64,000 bases of DNA from Pirellulales bacterium (lineage in GTDB: Bacteria > Planctomycetota > Planctomycetia > Pirellulales > PALSA-1355), in NCBI GenBank assembly GCA_963733035.1, contig CAVTBU010000006.1, forward strand, positions 416,001-480,000, given 5' to 3'. A program made the position numbers and the translations under genes. Positions 55,496-64,000 of this stretch are shown piece by piece (positions within the stretch are counted from its first letter, which is position 1; every line of letters starts with the position of its first letter). The notes beneath the pieces are model-generated. The model was not told the origin of the DNA. It was given only the letters and a program-made list of their open reading frames with translations, and did not search any database.

Positions 55496-57457
55496 ATGAC
55501 GTATCCGGCAAAAACAGCACCGGCGTCCCCGCCGAAAACAGCACCGACGCCGAAGCTAACCATCGGCCTGCCGACGTACGACGATTTCGACGGCTGCTGG
55601 TTCACCCTGCAAAGCCTGCGACTGCATCACGACATGCGCGAGGTCGAATTGCTGCTGGTCGACAACAAGCCCGACTCGCCCGGCTCGGCCGATCTGAAGC
55701 AAAAGGTCGAGGGCTGGTTCCGCCCCGGGACCGCCGGCACGCGGTACATTGCCATGCCGGGCGATGGCGGACCGGCCTTGGCGAAGGACCGCGTGTTTCG
55801 CGAGGCGGCCGGCGAGATTGTGCTCTGTCTCGACTCGCACGTGCTGCTGGCTCCCGGCGCGATCACGAAGCTGCTCCAGTGGTACGACGATCACCCGGGT
55901 AGCCACGATCTGGTGCAAGGCCCGCTCTTGCTCGATCACCTGGCCGGCGTGCACACGCATTTCATCGACACCTGGCGCGGCGAAATGTGGGGCATCTGGG
56001 GCTCGGCCTGGGAAGTCTGTCCGGGAGGCGACCGGGTGAGCGTCGTCGAGGCTGGCGGGCGCGTGCAGTATTTGGCGCTGGACATGGGGAACGTGCCACT
56101 CTCCTCCAGCGCGGTTTGCCAGCGCGAACTGCCCGCCGTGGCTTGGGCCGGTCATGAACAACATCTGCTGGCTGCCGGCCTGCGGCCGCTGGGGCTGGCC
56201 GACAACGACGAATTTGAGATCCCCGGCATGGGCTGCGGCTTGATCAGTTGCCGGCGGCAGGCCTGGCCCGGTTTCAACGAGCACTTCCGTGGCTTCGGCG
56301 GTGAGGAGATGTACCTGCATGAGAAGTTCCGGCAGCGCGGCGACCGCTGCCTCTGCCTGGGGTTCCTCAAATGGGTGCACAAGTTCGCGCGGCCTGGCGG
56401 CGTCAAGTATCCGCTCACGCGCTGGAACAAGGTCCGCAACTATGTGCTGGGACATCAGGAATTGGGCCTGCCGCTCGAGCGCGCGCACGAGCATTTCGTG
56501 GGTGGCAAATTAATGAGCGAGCGGCAGTGGGAGTATTTGCTGGCCGATCCAATCGGCCACACGAGCGAGCCGGCCGCGCAAGCGCCCGGGACCATCGACG
56601 AGCTCTACGAGCAGGTGCAGGCCACGAAGTGGAGTTTGGACCAGCACATGCCGGCGCTTCGGGCGCTCGCCGAGCAATGCGAGCACGTGACCGAGTTTAG
56701 CCACACCCGCGAGTCCTTGGTGGCGCTGGCGGCCGGCAGTCCCGCGGCGATGATCTCGTACAACGTCGATCGACAGGCACCCGCCGCGGCGGCGCTCTGT
56801 CCCTACGTGGAATTGCAAACCGTCGATTCGCCCGAGGTGCCCGCGATCGACGAGACCGACCTGTTGTTCCTCGACACCAAACATACCCGCGCCCGCCTGG
56901 CCGAGGAGCTGGAAAGATTCGCCCTCCAGGTGCGGCGCTACATCGTGCTCCATGACACGGCCCTGCACGGCAGCCGCGGTGAAGACGGGGGCGCGGGCCT
57001 GGTGCCCGCGATTCGCGCCTTCATCGAAGCGCATCCCGCCTGGTTCGTCGCCAGCCACACGCAGACGCAATACGGCCTGACGGTACTGGGCTGCCGGGAG
57101 CAAGACCGGCCGGCCCAGCCGATTCGGCTCTGGCCGCCCGACTTCGGACCCGGTACGGAACTGAAAGCGATGCTGGCCAGTCTGGGCATCGAGCCGGCTC
57201 CCTCCTGCGATTGCAACGGCAAGAGCGTGCAGATGGACGTCTGGGGCGTGGCCGGCTGCCGCGCGAATCGCGAGCAGATCATCACTTGGATGCGCGAGGG
57301 GCAGTCGCGCTGGGGCTGGAAGGACAAACTGGCCGCCGCCGCGGCCGCCGTAAAAAGCGGTCTGGCATTCAAGCTCAATCCGCTCGATCCGTTCCCCAGC
57401 TTGATTGATGAAGCGATCCGCCGGGCGGAGGAGCGCGAAAGGCAGGCGGCCGCATGA
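55496..57457 (+). CDS. GT-A glycosyltransferase + class I SAM-methyltransferase-like domain + C-terminal Cys domain
   Basis: AAGGAG RBS; LTIGLPTY, LCLDSH, GFGGEE, VHKF; DLLFLDTKHT...YIVLHDT; GPGTELK...CDC. Confidence 0.85.
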   Translation: MTYPAKTAPASPPKTAPTPKLTIGLPTYDDFDGCWFTLQSLRLHHDMREVELLLVDNKPDSPGSADLKQKVEGWFRPGTAGTRYIAMPGDGGPALAKDRVFREAAGEIVLCLDSHVLLAPGAITKLLQWYDDHPGSHDLVQGPLLLDHLAGVHTHFIDTWRGEMWGIWGSAWEVCPGGDRVSVVEAGGRVQYLALDMGNVPLSSSAVCQRELPAVAWAGHEQHLLAAGLRPLGLADNDEFEIPGMGCGLISCRRQAWPGFNEHFRGFGGEEMYLHEKFRQRGDRCLCLGFLKWVHKFARPGGVKYPLTRWNKVRNYVLGHQELGLPLERAHEHFVGGKLMSERQWEYLLADPIGHTSEPAAQAPGTIDELYEQVQATKWSLDQHMPALRALAEQCEHVTEFSHTRESLVALAAGSPAAMISYNVDRQAPAAAALCPYVELQTVDSPEVPAIDETDLLFLDTKHTRARLAEELERFALQVRRYIVLHDTALHGSRGEDGGAGLVPAIRAFIEAHPAWFVASHTQTQYGLTVLGCREQDRPAQPIRLWPPDFGPGTELKAMLASLGIEPAPSCDCNGKSVQMDVWGVAGCRANREQIITWMREGQSRWGWKDKLAAAAAAVKSGLAFKLNPLDPFPSLIDEAIRRAEERERQAAA

Positions 57458-58338
57458 CGACATACTCGTCGCAAAAAACACTGGTTTCATGTCTCTGCCC
57501 GACGTTCAACCGCTACCCGCGGCTGGCGTGGCTGCTCGAGGAAGCGGTCGAGTGCTTCTTGCGCCAGGACCACGCCGACAAGGAGCTGCTGATCCTGAAC
57601 GACACGCCCGGACAAAAGCTCGTATTGGATCATCCGCAAGTGCGGGTGTTCAACGCCCAGCGGCGGCTGCCGGACTTGTCGGCGAAGATCCAGTACCTCG
57701 TCGATCGGGCCGCCGGCGATGTCTTTTGCCGCTGGGATGACGATGATTTGTCATTCCCTTGGCGGTTGAGCTATTCGCTCGCTAGGCTCGACGATCGCGT
57801 CGAGTGGCGGCCTGAGAATTTCTGGTTCGCCAATGGCGATCAGCCGTGGAAGGAAGATCATCATCCGGGCAATACGCACGTGATGGCCATCTGGCGGCGC
57901 GCGGCGCTCGACTTGATCGGCGGCAAGTACCCGGCTGGGTTTAGCGGCGGCGAGGACATTTCCTTCAACCGGCGGTTGGCCGAGGCCGGGTTGCCGCCGC
58001 GTGGCGACCTGCTGCCGACCGACGAGATGTTCTATGTCTATCGCTGGGGCACCGGTAGCCGGCACCTTTCGGGCGTCAGCGATAGCAGCGCGAGGCCGCA
58101 CCAGGCCCATTGGAACGCCCTGGGACAACTGCCGATCGAGCCCGGTACGTTTCGCATCAAGCCCCGGATGCGCAATGGTGGCGCATGGTACCAAGTGCCA
58201 CTAAGTCCTACGGGCAAATCTTGCTTGGATGCCGCCGCGTCTCGTCCGGCAGCGTCAGATTTCGGTAATGGCAATCTTTTGATAGAGCAAATCGACCACC
58301 CCCATCAGGAATCCTGCTTCGGCACTCTCCAGCAGTAA
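57454..58338 (+). CDS. Glycosyltransferase family 2 protein
   Basis: VSCLCPTFNR, ELLILND, RWDDDD, GED. Confidence 0.88.
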   Translation: MTTYSSQKTLVSCLCPTFNRYPRLAWLLEEAVECFLRQDHADKELLILNDTPGQKLVLDHPQVRVFNAQRRLPDLSAKIQYLVDRAAGDVFCRWDDDDLSFPWRLSYSLARLDDRVEWRPENFWFANGDQPWKEDHHPGNTHVMAIWRRAALDLIGGKYPAGFSGGEDISFNRRLAEAGLPPRGDLLPTDEMFYVYRWGTGSRHLSGVSDSSARPHQAHWNALGQLPIEPGTFRIKPRMRNGGAWYQVPLSPTGKSCLDAAASRPAASDFGNGNLLIEQIDHPHQESCFGTLQQ

Positions 58339-58749
58339 GGCAACCTTGCGGTGCACGTTTCGTTTCTCATTGATGGCCAAGGCAATTTCGGCAGCACCTT
58401 CGGCGGACAAAGCGCCGCCGGTGCCAAAGTTGCTATAGAGCTCTTCAAAGTCCGCGGCAGACCAGTCGCTGAACAACTCTGGGCGGCGTTCGATCGCCTC
58501 CTTCACGGCTGGGTTCGTGCGGCGGTCGAACAATTGATGTGTCGGCGACAACGGTGGTTGAAACAACTCATCGGTAGATACGCCCAAACCAGCGGCCAAC
58601 CGATGCAGCGTGCGAGCGTGTGGCTTGCCGTTGCCAGCGAGCGCGGCTTTGACCGTGCGATCGTGCAATCCCGAGGCCGCTACGAGCTCACGCAACGTCA
58701 TTCCATTGCGAGCCATCAAGCGACGAACATTGTGGGCAAACGGCAGCAT
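58255..58749 (-). CDS. XRE-family HTH transcriptional regulator
   Basis: NVRRLMARNGMTLRELVAASGL...KPHARTLHRLAAGLGVSTDELF. Confidence 0.88.
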   Translation of the reverse strand: MLPFAHNVRRLMARNGMTLRELVAASGLHDRTVKAALAGNGKPHARTLHRLAAGLGVSTDELFQPPLSPTHQLFDRRTNPAVKEAIERRPELFSDWSAADFEELYSNFGTGGALSAEGAAEIALAINEKRNVHRKVALLLESAEAGFLMGVVDLLYQKIAITEI

Positions 58750-58783
58750 GGCAGGTTCACTCGCGCGAGTGTTTCCAATCTGC

Positions 58784-58811
58784 TTGACACGATAGTGTAT
58801 ATATGTATACT
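58784..58811 (+). promoter_or_regulatory. Near-consensus sigma70 promoter overlapping an imperfect palindrome
   Basis: TTGACA-N16-TATACT; AGTGTATATATGTATACT (58794-58811) is 14/18 self-complementary. Confidence 0.65.
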
Positions 58812-58889
58812 AATCGCCAGTAACACGTCAACAGAAACCAAGTGTTGGATGGAAATGGGTTCCGGTGCGATTCTCAGGGAGACCGTGTC

Positions 58890-59249
58890 ATGAATGGGCT
58901 GGAGTTGCCTGGTGATGCATGCTCGTCGGACGTCGTCGGTGGTTGCGAGGCGATCGGCACATCGCGGCTTTTTCGCCTTTGGATTGCGTCCTACGACAAC
59001 TGGCGACCGGCACGTTGGAATGACACTCCGCCGGCCGCGACGGCAGTCGAGTTGATCGAGGACTCGAACTTTTCCGAGGGGGAAGCACGCTTGTTTCTCG
59101 AAGGATTTAACGCGCAAATGCTAACGTGTAACAAGCAGCTGTGGGCCGTTGCCGTGCCGATTGTGCTGCGCTGTGAAGGCGATTCACGGCCTGGCGAACT
59201 GATTCGAGGCTACGCGTTTGCTGACGCAAAGTCGAACCTGGAAATCTGA
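58890..59249 (+). CDS. Hypothetical protein
   Basis: GGGAG RBS, 119-aa ORF downstream of promoter. Confidence 0.65.
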   Translation: MNGLELPGDACSSDVVGGCEAIGTSRLFRLWIASYDNWRPARWNDTPPAATAVELIEDSNFSEGEARLFLEGFNAQMLTCNKQLWAVAVPIVLRCEGDSRPGELIRGYAFADAKSNLEI

Positions 59250-59298
59250 AATACGGTCTGGGTGAAACCGTGAATGAAACGGCTATACGAAAAGTGGT

Positions 59299-60117
59299 TC
59301 AAGTCGGCCAGGGGTTCGGCCAATCACCCCACCGTTGTAAATAGCCCTGATAGGCGGGCGAATCTCCCGACCGTTTGATTAGCCACGTTTTCGTTTGGGC
59401 GATCAGCCCTTGTTCTTCGTCGAGTGATATCAATCCGAACAACACGCGTGTCCGCAAGAAGACGAAATATGTGTCGAGGACATCGCAGCGGCAGTAGTCG
59501 TTGATCTCTTGTAACTTTCCCTCGTTGTAGAGGTCCTGGACCATGAACCCTTGGATGTCCATTTTTCCCGGCTTGCCCAACACGTTGGCCGCCAGATTGA
59601 GACCGCCGGTGAAGCGTGTGGAACCGAAGTTGGTCAGAATTTCCTGCAGATCGAGATGAGAGTCGAGATTGTACCGATTGCGAAATTGCTCAAAGCTCTT
59701 GGCCATCACATTAAACCAACCGGGAACGCTGATCCCGTAGCGAAACGCCGCCAACTCCATCAGCGGCACATCGAACGTGCGACCGTTGAAACTGACCAGC
59801 GTGGGGCGGCGATACTTGTCCCAGCCGCGCCAAAAGTGTTCCGTGATCACGTGCGGACGGAACTTCGGTTCGTCGAGCACCGAGATATCGATCAGCCGAT
59901 AGTCGGCCGCGATCTTGGCAACGGCCACCGATACGGGCAAGTGGAACGTGTATGGGATGAAATCGTTTTCATACTTTTCCATCAGTTCCGCGCGATAGCG
60001 AGCGACGGCCTCGGCGGGCTCGAGTCCTTCGCCGGGATAGCGAATACGGGAAACCAATTGTCCGTCAGCGACACTTTCGGTATCGAATGCCAGATAAACG
60101 ACAGCCGGATCGGCCAT
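59299..60117 (-). CDS. 3'-5' exonuclease, PolB-exonuclease-related (DEDDy)
   Basis: FDTE, VSFNGRTFDVP, HLDL, YCRCDV. Confidence 0.9.
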   Translation of the reverse strand: MADPAVVYLAFDTESVADGQLVSRIRYPGEGLEPAEAVARYRAELMEKYENDFIPYTFHLPVSVAVAKIAADYRLIDISVLDEPKFRPHVITEHFWRGWDKYRRPTLVSFNGRTFDVPLMELAAFRYGISVPGWFNVMAKSFEQFRNRYNLDSHLDLQEILTNFGSTRFTGGLNLAANVLGKPGKMDIQGFMVQDLYNEGKLQEINDYCRCDVLDTYFVFLRTRVLFGLISLDEEQGLIAQTKTWLIKRSGDSPAYQGYLQRWGDWPNPWPT

Positions 60118-60241
60118 GATCCATTCCTCGCACGGGTTCGTAAACGTTTATTTCAACCTAACAGAAGCGCCTGCCTGGCGTGAAGGGTGCGCAGCCAGAT
60201 ATAACGGCGGTCCATTGGTGCCCTTCGAGGATCGTTGTACG

Positions 60242-60571
60242 ATGGCCTATAGCAAAACACTTGCGGCACGCGTTCGTCATTCCCTGGCCGGCCGTCACGG
60301 GATCGCCGAAAAGAAGATGTTCGGCGGCGTCGGGTTTTTGCTCCACGGCAATATGTTGGTTGGCGTGTGGCAGAATTCCCTCATCGCTCGGCTTGGTGTC
60401 GACCAGGCCCGGTTGGCCATCCGACAAGAACATCTTCGAGAGTTCGACGTGACGGGAAGAGCCATGAAGGGTTGGGTCATGGTCGATCTGGACGGCCTCG
60501 AATCGGATGCTCAACTTTTGCGGTGGCTTGAGCAGGCAAACGAGTTCGTGATGACATTGCCGCCGAAGTGA
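60242..60571 (+). CDS. TfoX/Sxy N-terminal domain protein
   Basis: EKKMFGGVGF, GRAMKGWV. Confidence 0.85.
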   Translation: MAYSKTLAARVRHSLAGRHGIAEKKMFGGVGFLLHGNMLVGVWQNSLIARLGVDQARLAIRQEHLREFDVTGRAMKGWVMVDLDGLESDAQLLRWLEQANEFVMTLPPK

Positions 60572-60620
60572 GTCGTCAATTCTTTCGATATCATGCGGAC
60601 AACGTGCGCATTGCTGTGGA

Positions 60621-61475
60621 TCATGGGGGCGCTTCAGACAAGAGCAGTTTCACACTGTCACTTACCCAGCCGCTATGCCAATTGTGTTTGAACTGCCGGC
60701 TGTTTTGGTAAATGTGAGGGATCTCAAGTTTGTCGAGTAGGGAGTGTGTTGCTTCAGTGTCGCTTCGAAACCCGCCCCAACCGAGCAGGACCAGCCGCGC
60801 TCGGCTGCTCAGGTCAAGTGTTCGCGCCCTGAGAAGATCCGCTACGCAGTAACGCCGAAAGTTTTCCTGCGTTCCGAAGATCGGGCCGGTACCGTATTGA
60901 CCCAGCTCATGCATGTCGAGCGGAGCATCCCAGGCGGCGGCCCGTTCGAAGACGTTCGGATGCCGTAACAGTAACGTCCAGGCGCCCCAACCCGACTTGC
61001 TGAAGCCTAAAAGAAACCGACCGCGCCTTTCGGCCAGTGTTTGGTACGTGTCATCGACAAAAGGTACAACCACGCGCAGCAGATAAGATTCCTGCCGGAC
61101 CTTTGGATCGGTGGGATGATCGGCATACCATGGCAGTTGGGAGAATGTGGGCGCAACAAAGACGACGCGATGCGATTCGGTGAGCTTCTGACGTTTGACT
61201 TCTAACAACCCGTCGCCATAGCGATGCTCCGAATTCGCTTCGACCGGAAGCACATATACGACCGGGTAGCGCAACTGTGGAGCAAGCGGCTCGGGAAGAA
61301 GCACTCGAATTTGCGTTGGACCTGCCTGGAACGGCGAAATCACGGTATGAATCAGGAAGCCATTTTGATCCGTTGCGGCAGCAGATATCTTGACCGTATC
61401 GTCGGCCGTTGCGGCTGCATTTGCGGCGACGCTCAGCAGAATAGCTAGGAATGTATGGATTGTCGCTCGCATCAC
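60621..61475 (-). CDS. Exported alpha/beta-hydrolase (esterase)
   Basis: Signal peptide, YPVVYVL, GFSKSG, HNWH. Confidence 0.8.
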   Translation of the reverse strand: MMRATIHTFLAILLSVAANAAATADDTVKISAAATDQNGFLIHTVISPFQAGPTQIRVLLPEPLAPQLRYPVVYVLPVEANSEHRYGDGLLEVKRQKLTESHRVVFVAPTFSQLPWYADHPTDPKVRQESYLLRVVVPFVDDTYQTLAERRGRFLLGFSKSGWGAWTLLLRHPNVFERAAAWDAPLDMHELGQYGTGPIFGTQENFRRYCVADLLRARTLDLSSRARLVLLGWGGFRSDTEATHSLLDKLEIPHIYQNSRQFKHNWHSGWVSDSVKLLLSEAPP

Positions 61476-61559
61476 ACATCATCGTAGCCGCTTGCTCACG
61501 CGACTTCAGCCCCATAAAGTGGCGAAAAGGATTTCCGCCACCTCTAAGTCACAAACACC

Positions 61560-62801
61560 ATGATCGACAAAGAACGGCTACTCGAGCGATTCTTGCGCTA
61601 CGTCCGTATCGACACGACGGCTCGGGAGGGACAATCGACGTATCCAAGTTCCCCGGGACAGTTGGAGTTGGGGCGGATGCTCCGGGATGAATTGTTCGCG
61701 CTGGGCCTGACCCACGTTCTGCAAAGCGAGATGGGCATCCTCATGGCAACCTTGCCGGCGACAATCGACCAGGCTGTGCCGGTCGTGGCATTCAATGCAC
61801 ATCTGGACACGTCGCCCGAAACGACTGGCGCGCACGTCCAACCGCAGGTAATTCGCAACTACCCGGGCGGCGATATCCAGTTGCCGGGCGATCCAGAGGC
61901 CGTGATCCGAACGGCGGACGATCCTGAACTCAACGATCTGATTGGCGCAACGCTAATCACCACCGATGGAAACACGCTACTTGGAGCTGACGACAAGGCG
62001 GGTGTGGCCGTCATCATGGAGGCCATTTCGTACCTGTCAACGCACCCAGAGATTCCCCACGGTCCAGTGCGTGTTTGTTTCACCTGCGATGAGGAGATTG
62101 GCCACGGCGTTGATCATATTGATTTGGAGCAGCTTGGTGCCACCGTGTGCTACACGCTCGATGGGCAAGGAGTCGACGAGATCGACGTCGAAACGTTCTC
62201 CGCAGACTTGGCGATCATCGTTGTGCGAGGCGTGAACGTGCATCCCGCGATTGCCAAAGGCCGAATGGTGAACGCGCTCCGTGTGGCGGGCGATTTTGTG
62301 ACTCGGTTACCCGTCGAATGCTTGGCGCCAGAGACGACGAGTGATCGGGAGGGTTTTCTGCACCCGTATCACGTCTCAGGCGGAGTGGGTGAGGTGACGC
62401 TACGGATTCTGCTTCGTGATTTCAACACATCGCGACTCGCTGAACTAGCGAACCTGTTGCGCGTGGCCGCGGACGAGAGCCAGCAGCAGTTCCCAGGCTC
62501 CAGCATCGAAGTGCAAGTGACACCCCAGTATCGCAACATGGCTGAGGGATTGGCTCGGGAACCTCGAGCCGTAGACTACGCCAAACGTGCCCACGAGAGG
62601 TTGGGGCGCAAGCCGCGACTAACGATCGTCCGGGGAGGTACCGACGGCTCTCGATTTACCGAGCTGGGACTTCCGACGCCAAATCTGTCGACCGGTCAAC
62701 ATCACCTCCACTCTCGCCTGGAGTGGGCTTGCCTCGAGGAAATGGAATCGGCCGCTCGCATCCTCATTGAGTTGGTGCAGGTTTGGGCGACCGAATCCTA
62801 G
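61560..62801 (+). CDS. pepT: Peptidase T (M20B tripeptidase)
   Basis: LLERFLRYVRIDT, AHLDT, LGADDKAG, DEEIG, RGGTDG. Confidence 0.95.
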   Translation: MIDKERLLERFLRYVRIDTTAREGQSTYPSSPGQLELGRMLRDELFALGLTHVLQSEMGILMATLPATIDQAVPVVAFNAHLDTSPETTGAHVQPQVIRNYPGGDIQLPGDPEAVIRTADDPELNDLIGATLITTDGNTLLGADDKAGVAVIMEAISYLSTHPEIPHGPVRVCFTCDEEIGHGVDHIDLEQLGATVCYTLDGQGVDEIDVETFSADLAIIVVRGVNVHPAIAKGRMVNALRVAGDFVTRLPVECLAPETTSDREGFLHPYHVSGGVGEVTLRILLRDFNTSRLAELANLLRVAADESQQQFPGSSIEVQVTPQYRNMAEGLAREPRAVDYAKRAHERLGRKPRLTIVRGGTDGSRFTELGLPTPNLSTGQHHLHSRLEWACLEEMESAARILIELVQVWATES

Positions 62802-63034
62802 GCGGCAATTTGCTAGCGTTTGCATGCTGTCACAACGGCCGAGAAGGGCGGAACGGATACCCGCGTGGGCAATTGCCGTACAAGTTCGCAACGGGTTCAA
62901 TCAACTTACCTGGCGCGGAGAGCCGACATAATCGGAATAGCGATGCTGACGTTCCTGACTTCCACGGTGCCCAGCTTGCGCTCGCTGGCATTCGATTGCC
63001 CGCCCCATTTCGCTCCGTTTGATGAGGTTCCGCG

Positions 63035-64000
63035 GTGCCACGCCTCGCGATCGTCATTTCCGCAGTTGGTAGTACTGAATCCTTGGAAGGCACGCTGCTT
63101 TCGGTGTTGGAAAATCGGCCCGCCGATTGTGAGATCGTCGTCGCGCTCAAGCGTCCATATGCCGACCCATACGAACTTAAGGACGAAGTACGGTTTGTCG
63201 CACCGCGGCGCCGAGACGCGACGACAAGAGCGATCAATGAAGCCCTGGCGACGACCCAAGCTCCCTTTGTGCACGTATTGGCGAGCGGCTGCCTGGTGAG
63301 CGAAGGCTGGGCCGATGCTGGCCTGTCGCGGTTCGAAGATCGTCGCGTCGGGGCGGTTGTTCCATGGGTTTTCGACGCCGTTGAATCCAAACGGCTATTC
63401 GCCGTCGGAATTGGCTATCGCATGCGCGGACAACGTTATCTGATTGGCAGTGGCGTCGATGCCGACCGCTTCGAGCTTCCCGCATCGGTTATTGGTCCAG
63501 CGCTATTTGCGGCCTTCTATCGTAAGGCTGCGCTCGACATCGTTGGCGGTTTCAGCCGAGCGCTTGGACCGCGGCAAGCTGATGTTGACGTCGCACTGGC
63601 ATTCAAACAGGCCGGATTGACAATTGCGGTTGAGCCGCGGTCGCAACTCTTCGCGACGGCAGTGGTTGATCCCACCGAGGGAGCCTTCCGCGACGCGCTT
63701 GCCGACGAGCGATTGTTCTGGCGAAACCTGGCCGGTGGCTCAACGGCGCGAGAAGTTCTTGCACACCTGGGACTGGTGAGCTGGGATGTGTTGCGTCGCC
63801 TACCGCAACCCCAGGCGCTGGCCCGGTGTTTAGGGCGGTCTTGGGCTGCCGTGGACCTGGGCAACTCGGCTCGACATCGACGGCTGTTGAGCGAGCTTGC
63901 GGCACGAGCGATACCGCCCACGCGCTCGCACGAACACATGCGAATCGACGACTCTCACGGCGCTCCCGGACGGCGTGAAACCTCACCGGGGAGGATTCCC
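63035..64000 (+). CDS. Glycosyltransferase family 2-like protein (runs off the window)
   Basis: GAGG RBS, GTG start; LAIVISAV...LEGTLLSVLENRP...EIVV; AAFYRKAAL..VGGF; absent from the ORF track because no stop is in the window. Confidence 0.75.
   Translation, partial: MPRLAIVISAVGSTESLEGTLLSVLENRPADCEIVVALKRPYADPYELKDEVRFVAPRRRDATTRAINEALATTQAPFVHVLASGCLVSEGWADAGLSRFEDRRVGAVVPWVFDAVESKRLFAVGIGYRMRGQRYLIGSGVDADRFELPASVIGPALFAAFYRKAALDIVGGFSRALGPRQADVDVALAFKQAGLTIAVEPRSQLFATAVVDPTEGAFRDALADERLFWRNLAGGSTAREVLAHLGLVSWDVLRRLPQPQALARCLGRSWAAVDLGNSARHRRLLSELAARAIPPTRSHEHMRIDDSHGAPGRRETSPGRIP

Larger units (their letters stand above)
35385..58338 (+). mobile_element. Phage head-tail morphogenesis cluster (GTA-like element or cryptic prophage)
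   Basis: Co-oriented terminase, portal, protease, capsid, neck and tail genes; no integrase or replication genes seen; boundaries approximate. Confidence 0.85.

Noticed and set aside
52956..58338. Diversity-generating retroelement acting on the fibre
   Set aside because: No reverse transcriptase and no TR/VR pair differing at adenines; repeats are protein-level only.
58794..58811. E. coli-type LexA SOS box
   Set aside because: Lacks the CTGT...ACAG ends; treated only as a generic palindrome.
35314..59298. attL/attR sites, integrase or tRNA insertion target
   Set aside because: No flanking direct repeat, recombinase motif or tRNA fold found by eye; short cores could be missed without computation.
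62901..62929. Sigma28-like promoter TCAA...GCCGACAT
   Set aside because: Spacing is longer than the canonical 15 bp and the match is partial; insufficient support.

Overview
High-GC bacterial chromosome segment whose gene content (DUF1501, YTV-repeat protein, DUF4159/MoxR/DUF58/BatA cluster, HEAT proteins) points to a planctomycete, probably Pirellulales. Positions 1-35.3 kb and 58.9-64 kb hold ordinary host genes. Between them (about 35.4-58.3 kb) is a single-strand, ~23 kb phage-morphogenesis cluster: two peptidases, a holin-like ORF, ParB, ABC-ATPase/GNAT, terminase, portal, protease/scaffold, capsid, neck, tail tube, tail-tip proteins, a Cys/Thr-rich fibre candidate and two glycosyltransferases. 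I find no integrase, replication module, att repeats or tape-measure gene in it, so it is a candidate domesticated, gene-transfer-agent-like particle rather than a complete prophage. Two signals stand out. (i) A structured leader (GGGTATC-N4/5-GAGCC hairpin followed by an intrinsic terminator) occurs twice, before the first gene and before the capsid block, the second copy just after a 60-aa small protein; this suggests antitermination control. (ii) A mucin-like poly-Thr/Cys-module protein sits directly upstream of a glycosyltransferase carrying polypeptide-GalNAc-transferase-like motifs and fused to a methyltransferase; this suggests an O-glycosylated particle fibre. Many genes, including the LptD-like gene, carry small indels, most likely long-read assembly errors. 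All family assignments are by motif recognition, not database search.
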